A stretch of DNA of 64,000 nucleotides from the human T2T-CHM13v2.0 reference genome, Homo sapiens, in assembly GCF_009914755.1 (NCBI RefSeq), contig NC_060932.1. One strand, 5' to 3'. Of this stretch, positions 42,371 to 63,200 are shown in pieces. Under the pieces are notes generated by a model. It was not told where the DNA came from, did not search any database, and saw only the letters and a list, made by a program, of their open reading frames with translations. Position numbers and translations under genes: made by a program. Position 1 is the stretch's first letter. Each line of letters begins with the position of its first letter.

Positions 42371-43415
42371 TTAATCAACATCTGGCTTACCAGCCATTTT
42401 AATTTTTGTGAACATGGTAGTAGGAAATGATATACTTTGTGATTTTAATGTGTGTTCCTGTAGTTTGGCATCTTTTCATATTTATTGACCATTTACGTTT
42501 CCTTTCCTGTGAAATGCCTACCCAGGTTTTTGCCCATTTTCTTTTTAAGTTCTTTGCCACTCTATGACAGAATTACTGGAGATTTTATACATTATATTCA
42601 ATACGTGTGTATATGTGTGTATAATATCAGTACTTAATTATATGTGTTTTAAATGTCTTTCTCCACTTTGTTACTTGTCCTTTCTTGTTTTAGCAATTTT
42701 TTTGAGGAACAAAAGTTATTAATTCTGAGCTACTCTGGGCACACTGCCCATGGGTGACCCCTGCTCTGAAAGGAGCAGTAATAAAAAATTTTTTAATAAA
42801 ATAAAATATTTTAAGACATTATTAATTTTGATAAATTGAATTTATTCATCTTTCTCTTTATGGCTTATGCCTATTTCTTTTGTTTAAGAAATTCTTTTGT
42901 AACTTGATGTAAACAATAATTTCCTCTATTTCTTCTAGAAGTTTATATTTTTCCTTTTCACATTTTCACCTTTAGTCTATCAATAAATAATTCTTGTTTA
43001 TGGTGTAAAGTAGAGATCTACTATCACTTCTGTTTCAGTGTCCCAGCATCACTTATTGAATTAGGCACTCTTTCTCCAAGGACACACAATGTCTCCTATC
43101 TTATAAGTCAAGTTTAAATATAAGCCTGAATCTGCTTCTGAGATCACTATTTTGTTCCATTGGTCAATAGCTATCCACACTGTACAATTTCTTAATTATT
43201 ATAACTTTATATGAAGTCTTTATCACTGGTGTAGCAAGGTCTCCCAGCTTATGCTTCTTAAGAAGTCATGGCTCTTTGTGTTTTTTGTTCTTCCATATAA
43301 ATTTTAGAATCATCTTGAACATTTCCTTAACAAACTCTGTTGGGATTTTCATTGCATTAAATCTGTAAATCAATTTAGGGGATTCTTTACAATATGGAAT
43401 CTTCGTATCCATAAA
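42371..43415 (-). mobile_element. Old L1ME ORF2 / 3' region
   Basis: tcccagcatcacttattgaa...ttcttccatataaattttagaatca. Confidence 0.7.
42729..42818 (+). mobile_element. Short tailed retroposed insert with TSD
   Basis: gctactctgggcacactgcccatgggtgacccctgctctgaaaggagcagt plus A-rich tail; ttattaatt(c/t)tga at 42716-42728 and 42819-42831. Confidence 0.7.
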
Positions 43416-45562
43416 ACATGTAGGTTTGTAATTCATTTTGAGTTGATTTTTGTGAAGAGTGTATGATCTATGTTTCCATGTGTTTATTTTTGTGGTTGTT
43501 GTTGTTTTGGCATGTAGATGTCCCATTCTTACAGCACTATTTGTTGAAAAGATTATCTTTTCTCCATTGTATTGCCTTTGCTTGTTTGTCAAAGATCAGT
43601 TGATTATATTTCTGTGGGTCTGTTTCTGGGCTCTCTATTCTGTTTCACTAATCTACTTGTCAATTTCTTTTTCTAATACTACCCCGTCTTGATGACTATA
43701 GTTTTATAGTAAATTCTGAATTCAGATAGTGTCAGTTCTCTGACTTTTCTCTCCTTCAATAGTGTGCCTCTCCATGTAACTTTAGAATCAGTTTGTTGAC
43801 TCCCACAATTTAACTTTCTGGGATTTTGGTTGGGGTGACATCGGTGTTTCTGACCTATACCATTTTCTTTCTGTCTGAAGAAATTCTTTTAACACTTCTT
43901 GCAAGGCAGTTGTAATGGCAACACATCCCCTAAGTTTTTGTTTGTGTGGAAAGTCTTTAATTTTTTTCACTTCTGAAGTATAATTTTATGTGCTACAAAA
44001 TTTTGAGTTGGTGGGTTTTGATCTCAACATTTTGATTATTTCACTCCAGTTTCTTCCTGTTTGCATGTTTTCTGAGGGGAAGTCAGATGTAATTCTTATC
44101 TCTTTTCTATAGGTAAAGTGACGTTTTTTCCCTCTGGCCTCTTTAAAGATTTTTTTGTCTCTAATTTTCTGAAGTTTTAATATGATATGGCTAGGTGTCG
44201 TTTTTTCATATTACATCTGTTTGGTGTTCACTCAGCTTCCTGGATCTGTGGCATAATGTCTGACTTTAGTTTGGGAAAATTGTTAATCATCACTGCTTAA
44301 AATATTACTTTTGTTCTTTTCTGTCTTTTTTTCTCCTTGTATTCTATTACATATATGTTAGATCTTCTGTAGTTGTCTCACAGTTCTTGGATATTCTGTT
44401 CAAATTTTTTCAATTCTTTTTTCTCTTTATTTTCAGTTTTGGAGTTTCTACTGACATATTCTGAAGCACAGAGATGATTTCCTCGACCGTGTGCAGAGTA
44501 CTAATGAGACCATCAAAGCTGTTTGTTATTTCTGTTACAGTATTTTTGATTGTAGCAGTTCTTTTTTGTTCTTTTTTAGACTATCCATTCTTTTTTAGAA
44601 TATCCGTATCTCTGCTTATGTTATCTATCTGTTCTTGCATGTTGTCTACTTTTTCCATTAGCTGTTAGTGCCCTTAGTATGTGAATCATACTTCTTTTAA
44701 ATTCACAGGCTAATAATTCTATCATCCCTGCTGTGTTGGAGTGTGGTTCTGATATTTTTTCAGTCTCATAAAATTCTGTGTTTTGCCTTTTAGTATGCGT
44801 TGTAATTTTTTAAAAGCCAGACTCCACGGCATAGTCTAGTTGTGTGGTAGTAAGGCACCTGAGGAGGGGAAGTGTTCTATAGTCCTGTGATTAGGTTTCA
44901 GTCTTTGGTGATCTTGTGCCCCTCAGTCGTAAACTTTGCATGTGCTTCTCAGGTTTTTCTCCCCTTTAAGTGGGGCAGAATGGCTACAGTGACTGGAGTT
45001 GAATAACTCCCTTCCGTAGGTCAGTTAGTCTTTGATAAAACCCCACCAGGCAAGGTTCTAGTAAAACTGTTTTGCTTGAGGACAGGTCTTATTAAGAACA
45101 GAATGCTCTGGGGTGTTTCAAAATGGTTATTTTGTCCCTCCCCTTGCCTCAAGTGTGAGATTTTCCTCCAAAATTCACTGTGAGGACCTGGTGGAGCTCT
45201 TTTAGGTAAAACTCACAAAAGTGTGAGGGTCCTCCCATGACTGCGCTTCCTGAGGTTTTTCTTTGCCAGGCTGGTCTGCACTGAGCCTCCAGCAATTTGT
45301 CAGTTCCAGTTTAGGTTTCCCTACTGATACCAGTTCATGCAGGGATCTCTGCTTCTGGATTTCTGATCTGGTAAGTTGTGATTCTCTGTATTCACCTGGC
45401 CGTCACTCCAACTTTGGGGGCAGTGGTTTGCTATACAACCTACCTTGTTTGATAGATCCAAGAAGAGTTGTTGGTTCTTCCATTTATTTAGCTTTTTACT
45501 TGTTAAGACAGAATAATGACTTCCAAGTACCTTATGTGCTGGATTGGAAACCAGAAGTCCAG
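43416..45562 (-). mobile_element. L1MC/MD-like: 5'UTR + ORF1 joined to late ORF2
   Basis: 5' end at ggaaaccagaagtc; ORF1-like KIKDFPHKQKLR...LQEVLKEFLQTE; ORF2 piece 43416-43810. Confidence 0.75.
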
Positions 45563-45599
45563 ATATCTTTTATTACCATTAGTTCCATTTTTAATCTGT

Positions 45600-47210
<1,611 letters not shown>

Positions 47211-48659
47211 TATTTTCACATTACAGTGAGTTTTTAACCTTCTTTTCTAAAAACACTTGAAAGACATACTATATATGATGAGGAGCAATTACCTCCTCCT
47301 TCTGTATAAAAAATGATGCCCAATTATAAACTAGTTATTATTTTATATTTATTACAGAGGTTGGAGAAGTCATTAGTGGATTGAATACAAATATTTATAG
47401 TATAAATTATCTACAGTATAATCATCTTTCATGCAGCCTGTACTAACTTTGACAAATTTAGGTAAGTGCTTAGACTAATTTAAAAGTTTCAAATAACCGT
47501 TTCTGAAAGTAATATGTATATGTTACAGAGATGTTTCTATCTGAGCTTGGAACTTGATAATAGCCATATATGTGTATAAATCACATAGAAGTATGTTTTT
47601 TGTTATAGTAAATGTCACATCTCTATGCTATATCAATGTCATTCAGTATGAAAAAAATGCATAAGGCAAGAATATTTAAGAAAAGTAGGTGGTTCAGTGT
47701 AATTATTTTGAGATTTCTTAAATACATCTATGTCTACATTAATGGTGGTTGTGTCTGCATCTTAGAGAAAATTATAAAACATAGAGCTATCACTAAAAAT
47801 TATCATTTAAAACATTCAAATATTTTATGGCTTTTTGTTCATTATCCATATTTTTGTACATTTTTAAATATTTAAAAATACTCTAAATCATGGCTCACTA
47901 GTTTTTTTTCTTCATTGTATAGGACTTAATCCATGTGCTGTCCTATTCTGGCTTGTTTTTATCCTTTTAGATCAAATACTTACATTGAAGGATACCTTAC
48001 TCTTTTTTCTTTCCCCAAATGTATAATAACAGCAATTAGCATTCCTGAGTTTTTTTAAATTTAGGAAATCAGAGAAGAACACATATAAACAATAATCAAA
48101 ACAGTTAATTTTTTGCCTCATGCACAAGATAGCATAATTTTCTTTCTGTTTTGTCTGGCAAAGCAGAAAAGATAGAACATGTTATTATGAGGTTTTAATA
48201 TAATATTTCTAAGATATAAAAATAAGTATATGATAAATGAAATTATTCTGTATTTCTCTGCTTCTTTTACTACTAAAATCTGATTATAACCATCAACTGA
48301 TTCATTAAGGATTACCCAAAACATAAATGAGTAATGCAATTTATTTTATATTTTTTCTGTATTTGTAAAATATTTTTCAAAACTCATAGATTTTTCCATT
48401 TCTGCAACTTATTGAAAATTATAAAATTTAGATACACAAAGTTGTCTGATAAGGAAGTCAGAGAAAATAATTTTCCCTATTAAATCAGACTTTAATCAGA
48501 TAGGATAAAAAAAGGAAATGTGGACATATGCATCTAAGGTCCCTAGAGATTGTTTTTCTTTTACTCAAGGTGAACCCTCTTTTCCTAATATGAAATATAC
48601 AAATTACACTTCAAGAGATAAAACAATATAATAAAATACATTGCTCAGATTAAAATACA

Positions 48660-50430
<1,771 letters not shown>

Positions 50431-50889
50431 AGATTTAAATACAGGAAGACAAAAATCAGCTGGAAGGGATTAGTTAGGTTTAGGAGCAAGAATCTTGTAG
50501 GGAAAGGAGAAGGAATCAACAGAGGGAAAGAACGGTAACGTCAGCTTGAGTAGGATCAATGGGTGAACACTCCTGAGGATGCTGGAAGGTTGGGAACACA
50601 TGCAAAGGTGGAGGAGTCAGCCCAAAGAAGACAGGCACAGACGAAAGGGAAAATGAAGATTTAGGAGCCTTTCAGTTGAGGAGAATAAAATTAAAGAAGC
50701 CTACAAATCCTTCTTCTCTCCTCCTGCATTTGGGTTACTCAGAACCACTGCAGACACCATGTGGTCGTACAGATGGAAGCCAGTACAGATTTATGGTATC
50801 CAATCTCATGTTCACCTACACCATGTCTTTAGTGAACTGTCAGCTCCTTCTCTTCTCAATGACTACTCCAAAAGCTCAGTCTTCTGTTG

Positions 50890-51420
50890 AAGTTGCTACT
50901 GTGTCCTTCCTGTCTGTGGTCTATTTGCTCTCAGATCCATTTCTTCCCTTCCCCTGCTCTCTTCTGTATTTCAGCAGCCCAATCTCTACAGGCTGCCTTT
51001 TTCAGCCTGGCTTCTGGGTGTTTCCTCCAGTGGAAAGCACAGGTAAGTGGTTGAAGGTGGAAGAGGAAGAGCTTGTAGATATTTCACTCTTCCTTTGTCC
51101 TTCAGACAGCTGCAGCTCTTGTGCAGCCTCGAGTCTACAGGCTGAGTCTTTGACTCCCTGCGGAAACATTGCTTGTGAATTGGGAGTAATTCACAAGCAA
51201 TGCTCACTTCTACCCAGAAGTACAGGCCACTGGGCTACAGACGCACTGCCTTCTCCCTCTGTTCCTCTCTCCTAGAGGTGGTAGTGGTTTCCCACTGATG
51301 CTAATCTCTGGGGTAAATTACTATTCTTGCTTGGCTTCTTAACTCTTCCGTTAACCTATGTAACCAATTACCTACATTAAAATTTTCCTATATTAAACAT
51401 TCACATGCTTTATGCTTTGC
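50890..51420 (+). mobile_element. LTR33-like ERVL LTR
   Basis: ctagaggtggtagtggtttcccactgatgctaatctctggg...cctatgtaaccaatt...cattaaaattttcc. Confidence 0.65.
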
Positions 51421-51589
51421 CTTTTTTCTGAGGCCAACCACCTAACTGCGAGATCTTGATTCTTGCTCCTTTGGAATTACCTTGTTCATCTATTGACTCT
51501 GATCATCATTTTAGCTTTTCTTTATCCCTCTCCTAACTACGACTCTCCTTTGGACAACACATTTCCGTTTAACATTTATTCTCTTCTTT

Positions 51590-52640
51590 CCTGAACACAG
51601 TTCTGCAAAGAGTGATCTGCACTTACTGCCTCTGCCTTCACACTTCCCATTCCCTTCTGAACCTACTCAAATCCAGTTCTACCCTCACCATTTAAGTAGA
51701 CCTGGCTCTTCTCCTTGGTTGTCACTTAGTATCCTTTGTGGCTTCTCATCCTCAGTGAAGATGTTCTCAAGGCTCCTTCTCTTCTATTTCTTCACTCTTC
51801 CCCTTCCTTATGCAGTCTACACATTCTCCCTGGACAATGTTATGCATGTTCATGACTTTATCATAATCTTGCTGCTTATGACTTCCAAGTTTACAGCTAG
51901 CTTTAGCATCTTGCCTGTTTCAGACCCATATGTCCAATGTCAATGCCTTCTACTCAGCTTGACAAGGAGCACTGTCAAATTCAAGATGTTCAGTGAGGGA
52001 TTTCTCTTCCCCCACAAGCATGTTACAGCTTACATTCATTATCTTGTAGAATTAAATCACCATCACCGATTTACTAAAGCCAGAATGAGGAGTCATCCTA
52101 AATCTGTCCTTTCCATTTATTCTCTATATCGAATCAATCATCTTTTTTTATCAGCTATTCCTCTTACATCACCCCACTGCTGCCATTTTTGTACTACTGA
52201 CATATTATGGCCTTTTGTCTGTTTTCCCTTATAGAAGAACTATCAGAACTTTCTGATGGTCTCTGTGCTCCGAATTTTACCCATCCTCAGTCATCCTTTC
52301 AATTTGCTGCAAGAGAACTTTCCTAGTTCACAGTTTGGACCATGTCATTGACCTATTTCTGTGTTTCAGTGGTGCCTCATTACACCAAATGATAAGATCA
52401 AAATACTCTATCAAATTCTTGCTGCCAGAGCCTCTTTTTGGCCTCATCTCCCACACTGCTAGCCTCAGAACAACTCATGTCCTCACACAGCTCTGTGCCT
52501 GCCCACGAACGACCCTCTTCCTGGAGATACTCCCTCCATACCCTGGCTTCCTCAATAGTCTTGAAAATTCCTTTGCATCTTTTAACCCTCCTTTCAAAAA
52601 CCTTCTCTGTAAAGCTTTCTGACACTTTTACAGTCAGTCT
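51590..52640 (+). mobile_element. L2 fragment
   Basis: cccattcccttctgaacctactcaaatccag...gctcttatgacttccaag-like segment, ttggaccatgtcattgacct. Confidence 0.65.
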
Positions 52641-53359
52641 TAAGTGCTCCTTAAGTGTACCTAAGGAAGACTTCAGTGCAAAAACACACCTGTTTGCATT
52701 TTGAGTTTCATTACGCCTGGGTGCTGAATTTGGTGCAAATAAAATCCTGATAAATCAAAGTGCACCTTCACACCAATAAGATTATGTAAATATTTCCAAA
52801 GTAGGAGGATTTGGAGCAGGAAAGAAACTTCAGAGGAAAAAAGTTTAGATGCTGGTTGAGCCCTGTGCCATTTGGACTGAGCTCCATGAGAGGAGAAGGG
52901 AGGGTGGGGGGTAGAAGGTAATAACACAATGTCCACAGATTTGAAGGGTCTGAGAGTGGAGAAGATCATAGCCTGTCTTCCTGAGTAGACCTTCAAGGAG
53001 GCAGTTGAATAATAGCAGAGAAATGAATACATAGTGTGTCTCAGCAGACAGAAGCTCTCAGGATGGAGCAGAAATGGGAAGATGCCATCATGGGCCTGAA
53101 AGCTACATGCAGGCAGATAGGATCTTAAAGAGCTGCACAGTGTATTGTCAGGCCCCATAGGTCTTGTGGCAGCAGCTGATTCCTGTGCACAAATCCTGGG
53201 CACAGAAGTGGCCAAGAGTCACCAGAACTGTGATGCCACATTGGAACCAGGAATAATGCATCATGACACCTATAAATAAGTGACTTAGAGTCTGTTAGGG
53301 TTTACTCTTGGGGTTGCTTAGGTGTTCAACCTTTTCTCCCATCACGAAGTCGCAAGGTG

Positions 53360-54126
<767 letters not shown>

Positions 54127-55418
54127 ATCTTTCTCTTTTGCTTATTTCCAGGAGTTTCTCTATCAATGGTACACACTTTGTCAGCCATTATGGGTTGAAA
54201 TGGCTCAACAGAACATCAATGGAAGCCAAGGTGGACAGCATAGTACATTTTACATAAAAACACTGGGCTGAGAAGACAGCACACATTGGCTGAGAGATTT
54301 TATAGGAGGGGGAACTGAGGCCAAAGTGTAGCTAGAGTTCAGTCTCACTGCTAGTTTTCATTGTCTGAGGGCACAAAGATAGCAGTTAACACATGAAGGG
54401 AAGATTGATTTAAATGTTTCCCTAGGAAAATATCTCAAGGAGACTACAGATGTAACTAATTAGTAATTTTACATAACTATAAAATTAACCAGTGCTGCAT
54501 AGATAGCATCAAACAGGATGCCCAATCAGCATGGTTTCATGGTCTCTGATCTCTAGAGACTATAAGCCTAAAGAATAGGAGAGAAGCAGACAGTGGCAGT
54601 TGCACAGGGCTAGCAGAAAGCAAGAAGGTAAGAGAGGGAAGAGGGGAAGGTTGGAAGAAAAGAGAAGGAAAGTTAACATTTTAAGAATGTAGTGTGGTAA
54701 TGAGGGCACTTTAGCTCCATCTGACTGTAAAGTCTGGTTGAGGAGAGAGGCATGTGAAGGCAGAATGGGTGACAGGCTGAAATCATTAGGAAAGGGTGAG
54801 TAGCCTTAACAGGAACAAAAAAGTGGCAGATGTGGTCAACCAAAAGAGGTATTACAGAATTTGGTGTATAAGACATGGATTCAAGATGGCAGGGGCTAAG
54901 ATGTAACTAAGATGTCTTAGTGAGAGTGAAGGATGGAGGTCAAAGGTCAGGGGTAGAAGTATGGTGAGACCATGTGGTAGCTCATCATCACTATGGACAG
55001 GGAGAGGAAGATGATTTCAGAAAATAGCATAATCATTCATCATGGGCCAAATATTCCATATGCTGATAGGTATCTTAGCCCATCCATAACTGCCAAATAC
55101 CAAGTCACTAAGTTAGTGCAAAAGCTTTGATGTTTTTATTGTTTCTTAAAAAAAAAAAATTAAATTCGATTTCAAAATAAGTTCCATTTGATGAAGGTGT
55201 TCAGCATAATGCTAATCATCTACTGTTACTTTAAAAACACAAATAAATACAATGCATATTTTATTAAGGTGTTTGCCCTAGTCTGCATCAAAATACAGTC
55301 ACTCTATATTCTGGCTTGCTAAACCATTCCTGGAGGACAACCTCTGAACTTGTTGAGAAGACCATTAGATGAGCCTAGACATAAATGGAATTTTTTTTTT
55401 GTGCCTTATATTTTATAA

Positions 55419-55818
<400 letters not shown>

Positions 55819-56924
55819 GATTGATTCTTTTTGTTGTTGTTCATTTGTGTGTTTTTGTTTATTTCCTTTAGGTTGTTACTCAGGCTGAACCTTTGGCTCC
55901 CAGAGGAGATGCAGCTTCACTCTCAAGGCATAGACTTTGCATCCTCCTGAGCACCACCAGATATCTCTACTGAAGTCCACAGAACAAGACTATTGGACTA
56001 CATGTTCTGTATGTTCTCTAACAAATATTTAGACCTAAGGATTTTGTTTCAATGTTTTCCTTAGAGAGATAAGATTCATTTATGTCATATGGAATGATGA
56101 ATAAACCTGGCTTTGGGGATTTGATGGACCTTGTATTTTTCTCTACAAGGCCTTCTGGAAAACATCGCTTAATTTATCTGTTTCTTAATTTCCCATCTGT
56201 AAAAAAAAGTGGCAATAATGCTTATCTTTTCAAAGTTTTATGAGTTAGATAAAATAAGACATGTATAATATCTGATCAAGTAAGTACTCAATGGATAGTA
56301 ATTTCCTCCTCTAATTGTCTTCAATAGGTCTAGATTCAATTTTTTTAAAACAATGATAAGACTTCATTTGAGGGCTATTGGACAAGGTTTGAGGTGGCAA
56401 TGATGTTAGGTGTTTGCAAATTCCATCATAGTGGCTAGAATTAAGGCTTATGAATGTCAGGTTATAAATGGATGCCTGAGTGAGTCCAATGGCTCTGTGG
56501 CCCAAACCTATACTGGATTTTTTATATTTATTCAAAGAGATCAACAAAAATGCTGCCACTCTTGTGTCTGATATTGCTCTAACTATACAATCTCTTCCAT
56601 TTCTTTTAGTAAAGAGAGCTAGAAGTATTTCATTTTATATTAAATGTAAATTAGTAGTTTACATTCACTGTCTTTCCCCAGGTCTAAGTTAATTCTAATA
56701 CTCTTTTCCACAATATAGTCAACAAAGATATAGATTGCCTTAAATTTCTGAAAAAAAGTGATACATTGGTCCAATATATTGATAACTTCATGTTAAGGAG
56801 AAAGTGTCAAGTACACTGGATGCTCTGCTAATACACTTGTGTGTGAGTAATAATAATAAATAAATAATTTACCATATTTACCATGTTGGCAAATTTTGGG
56901 TAAGTACATTGTTCAGAGACATTA

Positions 56925-57302
56925 CAAGAAAACCTCTCTAAAGTAAAGGATGAGTTATTGCTCTATTCACCCCCTGCCATTAAGAGATAGAATGTTTGTT
57001 GGGGATATTTGTATTTTAAGTCAGCATAAGTCACACCTGAGAATATTGCCCTAATTCATTTTCCATTAGGTGACTTAGAAGACTAGCGTTAAATAGGGCC
57101 CAAGTCAAGAAAAGGCTTTGCAGCAGGTCCAAGCTGTGGTTCAACCTTTTTTGCCACTTGGGTCATACAATCTTGCAGATCCATGAGTAGGGGAGAGGAC
57201 ACTGTTTGGAGTCTCTAGCAAATTCCAGAAGAAGAGTCACAGGGTTCTAGAGCAAGACCACACCCTCTTCAGCAAGTAACTACTCATCACTTGAAAAATA
57301 GG
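56925..57302 (+). mobile_element. ERVL-type internal (pol) fragment
   Basis: gggccca...aaaaggctttgcagcaggtccaagctgtggttcaa...gccacttgggtcata...gtttggagtctct...taactactc. Confidence 0.75.
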
Positions 57303-57305
57303 TCC

Positions 57306-60250
<2,945 letters not shown>

Positions 60251-60278
60251 TGAGGTTTTGGTGTTTTCTGTTTTTCCA

Positions 60279-63200
60279 GGATGGTAGATTAGACTTTTAG
60301 CATACCTCGGCCATTTGGGAATAGCAAAATAGTACATAAAAATCAACTCTGTGAACTCTAATTCAAGAAAAAACATGGGAATTCACTGGAATACTGAAGG
60401 ACACCCAAGACCTTGGGGAGGAGAAGATGAGCAGCCCCCTGTTAGCATTTGGCTAATAAAGTGAGTGAAGCCCCAGTACCTGAGTGAGGCAGCCAGTCTC
60501 CCTCTATGTCACACCTTTCCCCTAGTGATCTGTGCAACCCAGGCCAAGGGAGGGCATCCTGCTTTTCCCAAACCTGGGAGCTAGCTCAGATAGAGGCTGA
60601 AAGACAGAAAGAAAAAAAGACACTGGGGAAAGCTGAAGATATTTTCCCAGGCCTGGGACTGAAAGATGGATGCTGTTTTTAATCCAGGCTCAGATAAAAT
60701 CAGTCCTTGTTTGGCAACCTGCCAATGGCAGCCACTGCAGACATTTCAGTCTCTGGCCAGACAGATCGAAGTGCTTGCACTGGAGTCGGGTAAGGGCCCC
60801 CACAGCCAGAATTCAGCAAAAAGTGTGGAGAGTGCCCCAGCAGTAGCCTCTGGAATTAGGCTCTCTCCTTTAGCAGAACTGGAGCAGAAGGAGAGTTGCT
60901 GAAGCTGACATTTATTCTGGATAGCATGACTTACAGCCAGGCACAGCTTTACCCCCATCTGCTCCCTTGGTCCATTGGGGGAGAGTGCCTGACCAGCTCT
61001 GAGGACACAGAGGAAAGTAGACTTCAGTCCCTTGGAGATCCAACCCTTGTTGTGGACTGCCCCTAAGGGAAGGGTAGCACAGCCTGCCAAAGCCTGCCTT
61101 GGTCAAAGGAAATGCAAATGTGGTGCCAGCCATTGAATGGGGCAATACCAAAGCCTAGGAACAGATTTGGGAAGGAATCATCTCTCCTCACCCCCTGCTG
61201 CCTCTCCAGTGCACTGCTGCAGACATGGCAGTGGCTCATCCCACTGGGCCTTAGGGAATGCAGGCTGAAAGACGCACTTCTAAGTCTTCTCCAGCAGCTC
61301 CATCTGCAGCTGAAGCTGAGCAGTAATGGGGGAGGGTACTTCATTGGTTTCTCCATTTTCTCCACTCCAGATGAGCACACACAGAGTAAGAGCTTCCTGC
61401 TGGCTCTTACTCTTAAGCACCATATACTGTACTGCAGCCTGGATTATACCACCAAACAAGAACACACAGCTCACCAAGCAATGTCTGAGTAAGCCATTGT
61501 ATGAATCTATCTGCAATGAAGGAACCTGTGCAGAGCCTTGGCCCTCTGAAGGCACTCAGAATTGAAACCAATCAATCATACACAACATACACCACAGCCA
61601 TACCCTAAAGAGAAAAAAGAATTAAAAAGTCCTATCCAAACAATAGCATATGCAAAAAAAGAAGCATCAGCTCCCTCAGATGAGAAGGAACCAGCACAAG
61701 AACTCAGGCAATACAAAAGCCAGAATGTTTAATGACATCTAAAGTATAGCACTAGCTCCCTAGCAATGGATGGATCCTAACCAGAATGAAATGACTGAAA
61801 TGACAGATATAGAATTCAGAATATGGATGGCAAGAAAACTCAATGAGATCCAAGACAAAGTTGAAATCTAACACAAAGAACACAGAAAAACAATCTAGGA
61901 TTTGAAAGACAATGTAACTATATTAAGAAAGTACCAAACGGAACTTCTGGAATTAAAAATGTTACTACTACAATTCCAAACTACAAATCAGAAGGCTTCA
62001 CAACAGATTAAACGAAGAAGAAGAAGAAGAAAGAATTACAGAGCTGGAAGACTGGTCCTTCAAATCAACCTGGTCAGACAATTTTTTTTAAGAATTTTAA
62101 AAAAATGAACAAAGCCCTTGAGAAATATGGGATTATGTAAAGCTATCAAATGTACAATTTATTGGCATTCCTGAAAGAGAAGAAGAGAAAGTAAGCAATG
62201 TGGAAAACATATTTGAGGATATAATTCATGGAGGTTTCCCCAATTTTGCCAGAGAGCTTGACATGCAGATATAAGAAATCCAGCAAGATACTATACAAGA
62301 TGCAAAATACTGTCCACAAGGCACATATTCATCAAATTATCCAAGGTCAATGCAAAAGAAAAAATCTTAAAGGTAACTAGAGAAAAGGGTCATATTCCCT
62401 ATAAAGGAAAGCCTGGATTTCTCAGCAGAAGTCATACCAGCCAGAACAGAAGAAACATTTTTAGTATTCTTAAAGAGAAGAAATGCCACCTGAGACTTTT
62501 ATATTCTGCCAAACTAAGTTTCATAAATGAAGGAGAAACAAAATCTTTTACAGAGAAACAATCACTAAGAAAATTTGTCACCACCAGATAGTCCCTACAA
62601 GAGACACTTAAGGGAGTTCTAAATGTGCAAATGAAAGAACAATACTCCTTACCACAAAAGCACACATAAGCACATAGCTTATGGACCTTTTAAAGTAACT
62701 ACACAATTGAGACTACAAAGCAACTAGCTAACAATGTTATGACAGAAACAAAGCCTCACATATCAATATTAGCCTTGGTCATAAACAGCCTAAATGCTCC
62801 ATTTAAAAGACAGAGTAGCAAGGTGGATTTAAAAAAAAAACAAGACTCATCCTCTGCTGCCTTCAAAAGACCCATCTCACATGTGATGACATCCATAGGC
62901 TCAAAGTAAAGGGATGGAGAAAAACCTATCCTGCAAAAAAACAAAAAAGAGCTAAGGTCACTATTCTTGTGTTAAATAAAACAGACTTTAAACCCACAAC
63001 AGTGAAAAAGGAAAAACAAGGGTATTACATAATGACAAGGGGTTCAATTCAACAAGAAGACTTCACTATCCTAAATATATATGCACCCAACATTGGAGAG
63101 CCCAGATTCATAATACAATTACTTCTGGGACTAGGAAAAGATTTAGACAGCCACAAAATAATAGTAGAGGACTTCAACATTCCATTAACAGCACTAGACA

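Noticed and set aside
50676-51275. Longest ORF (199 aa)
   Set aside because: Non-ATG start, overlaps an LTR, no recognisable domain.
51719-52234. 171-aa hydrophobic ORF
   Set aside because: Lies in a pyrimidine-rich L2 remnant; non-ATG start; composition artefact.
52673-53215. 180-aa minus-strand ORF
   Set aside because: Non-ATG start, no homology or motif that I recognise.
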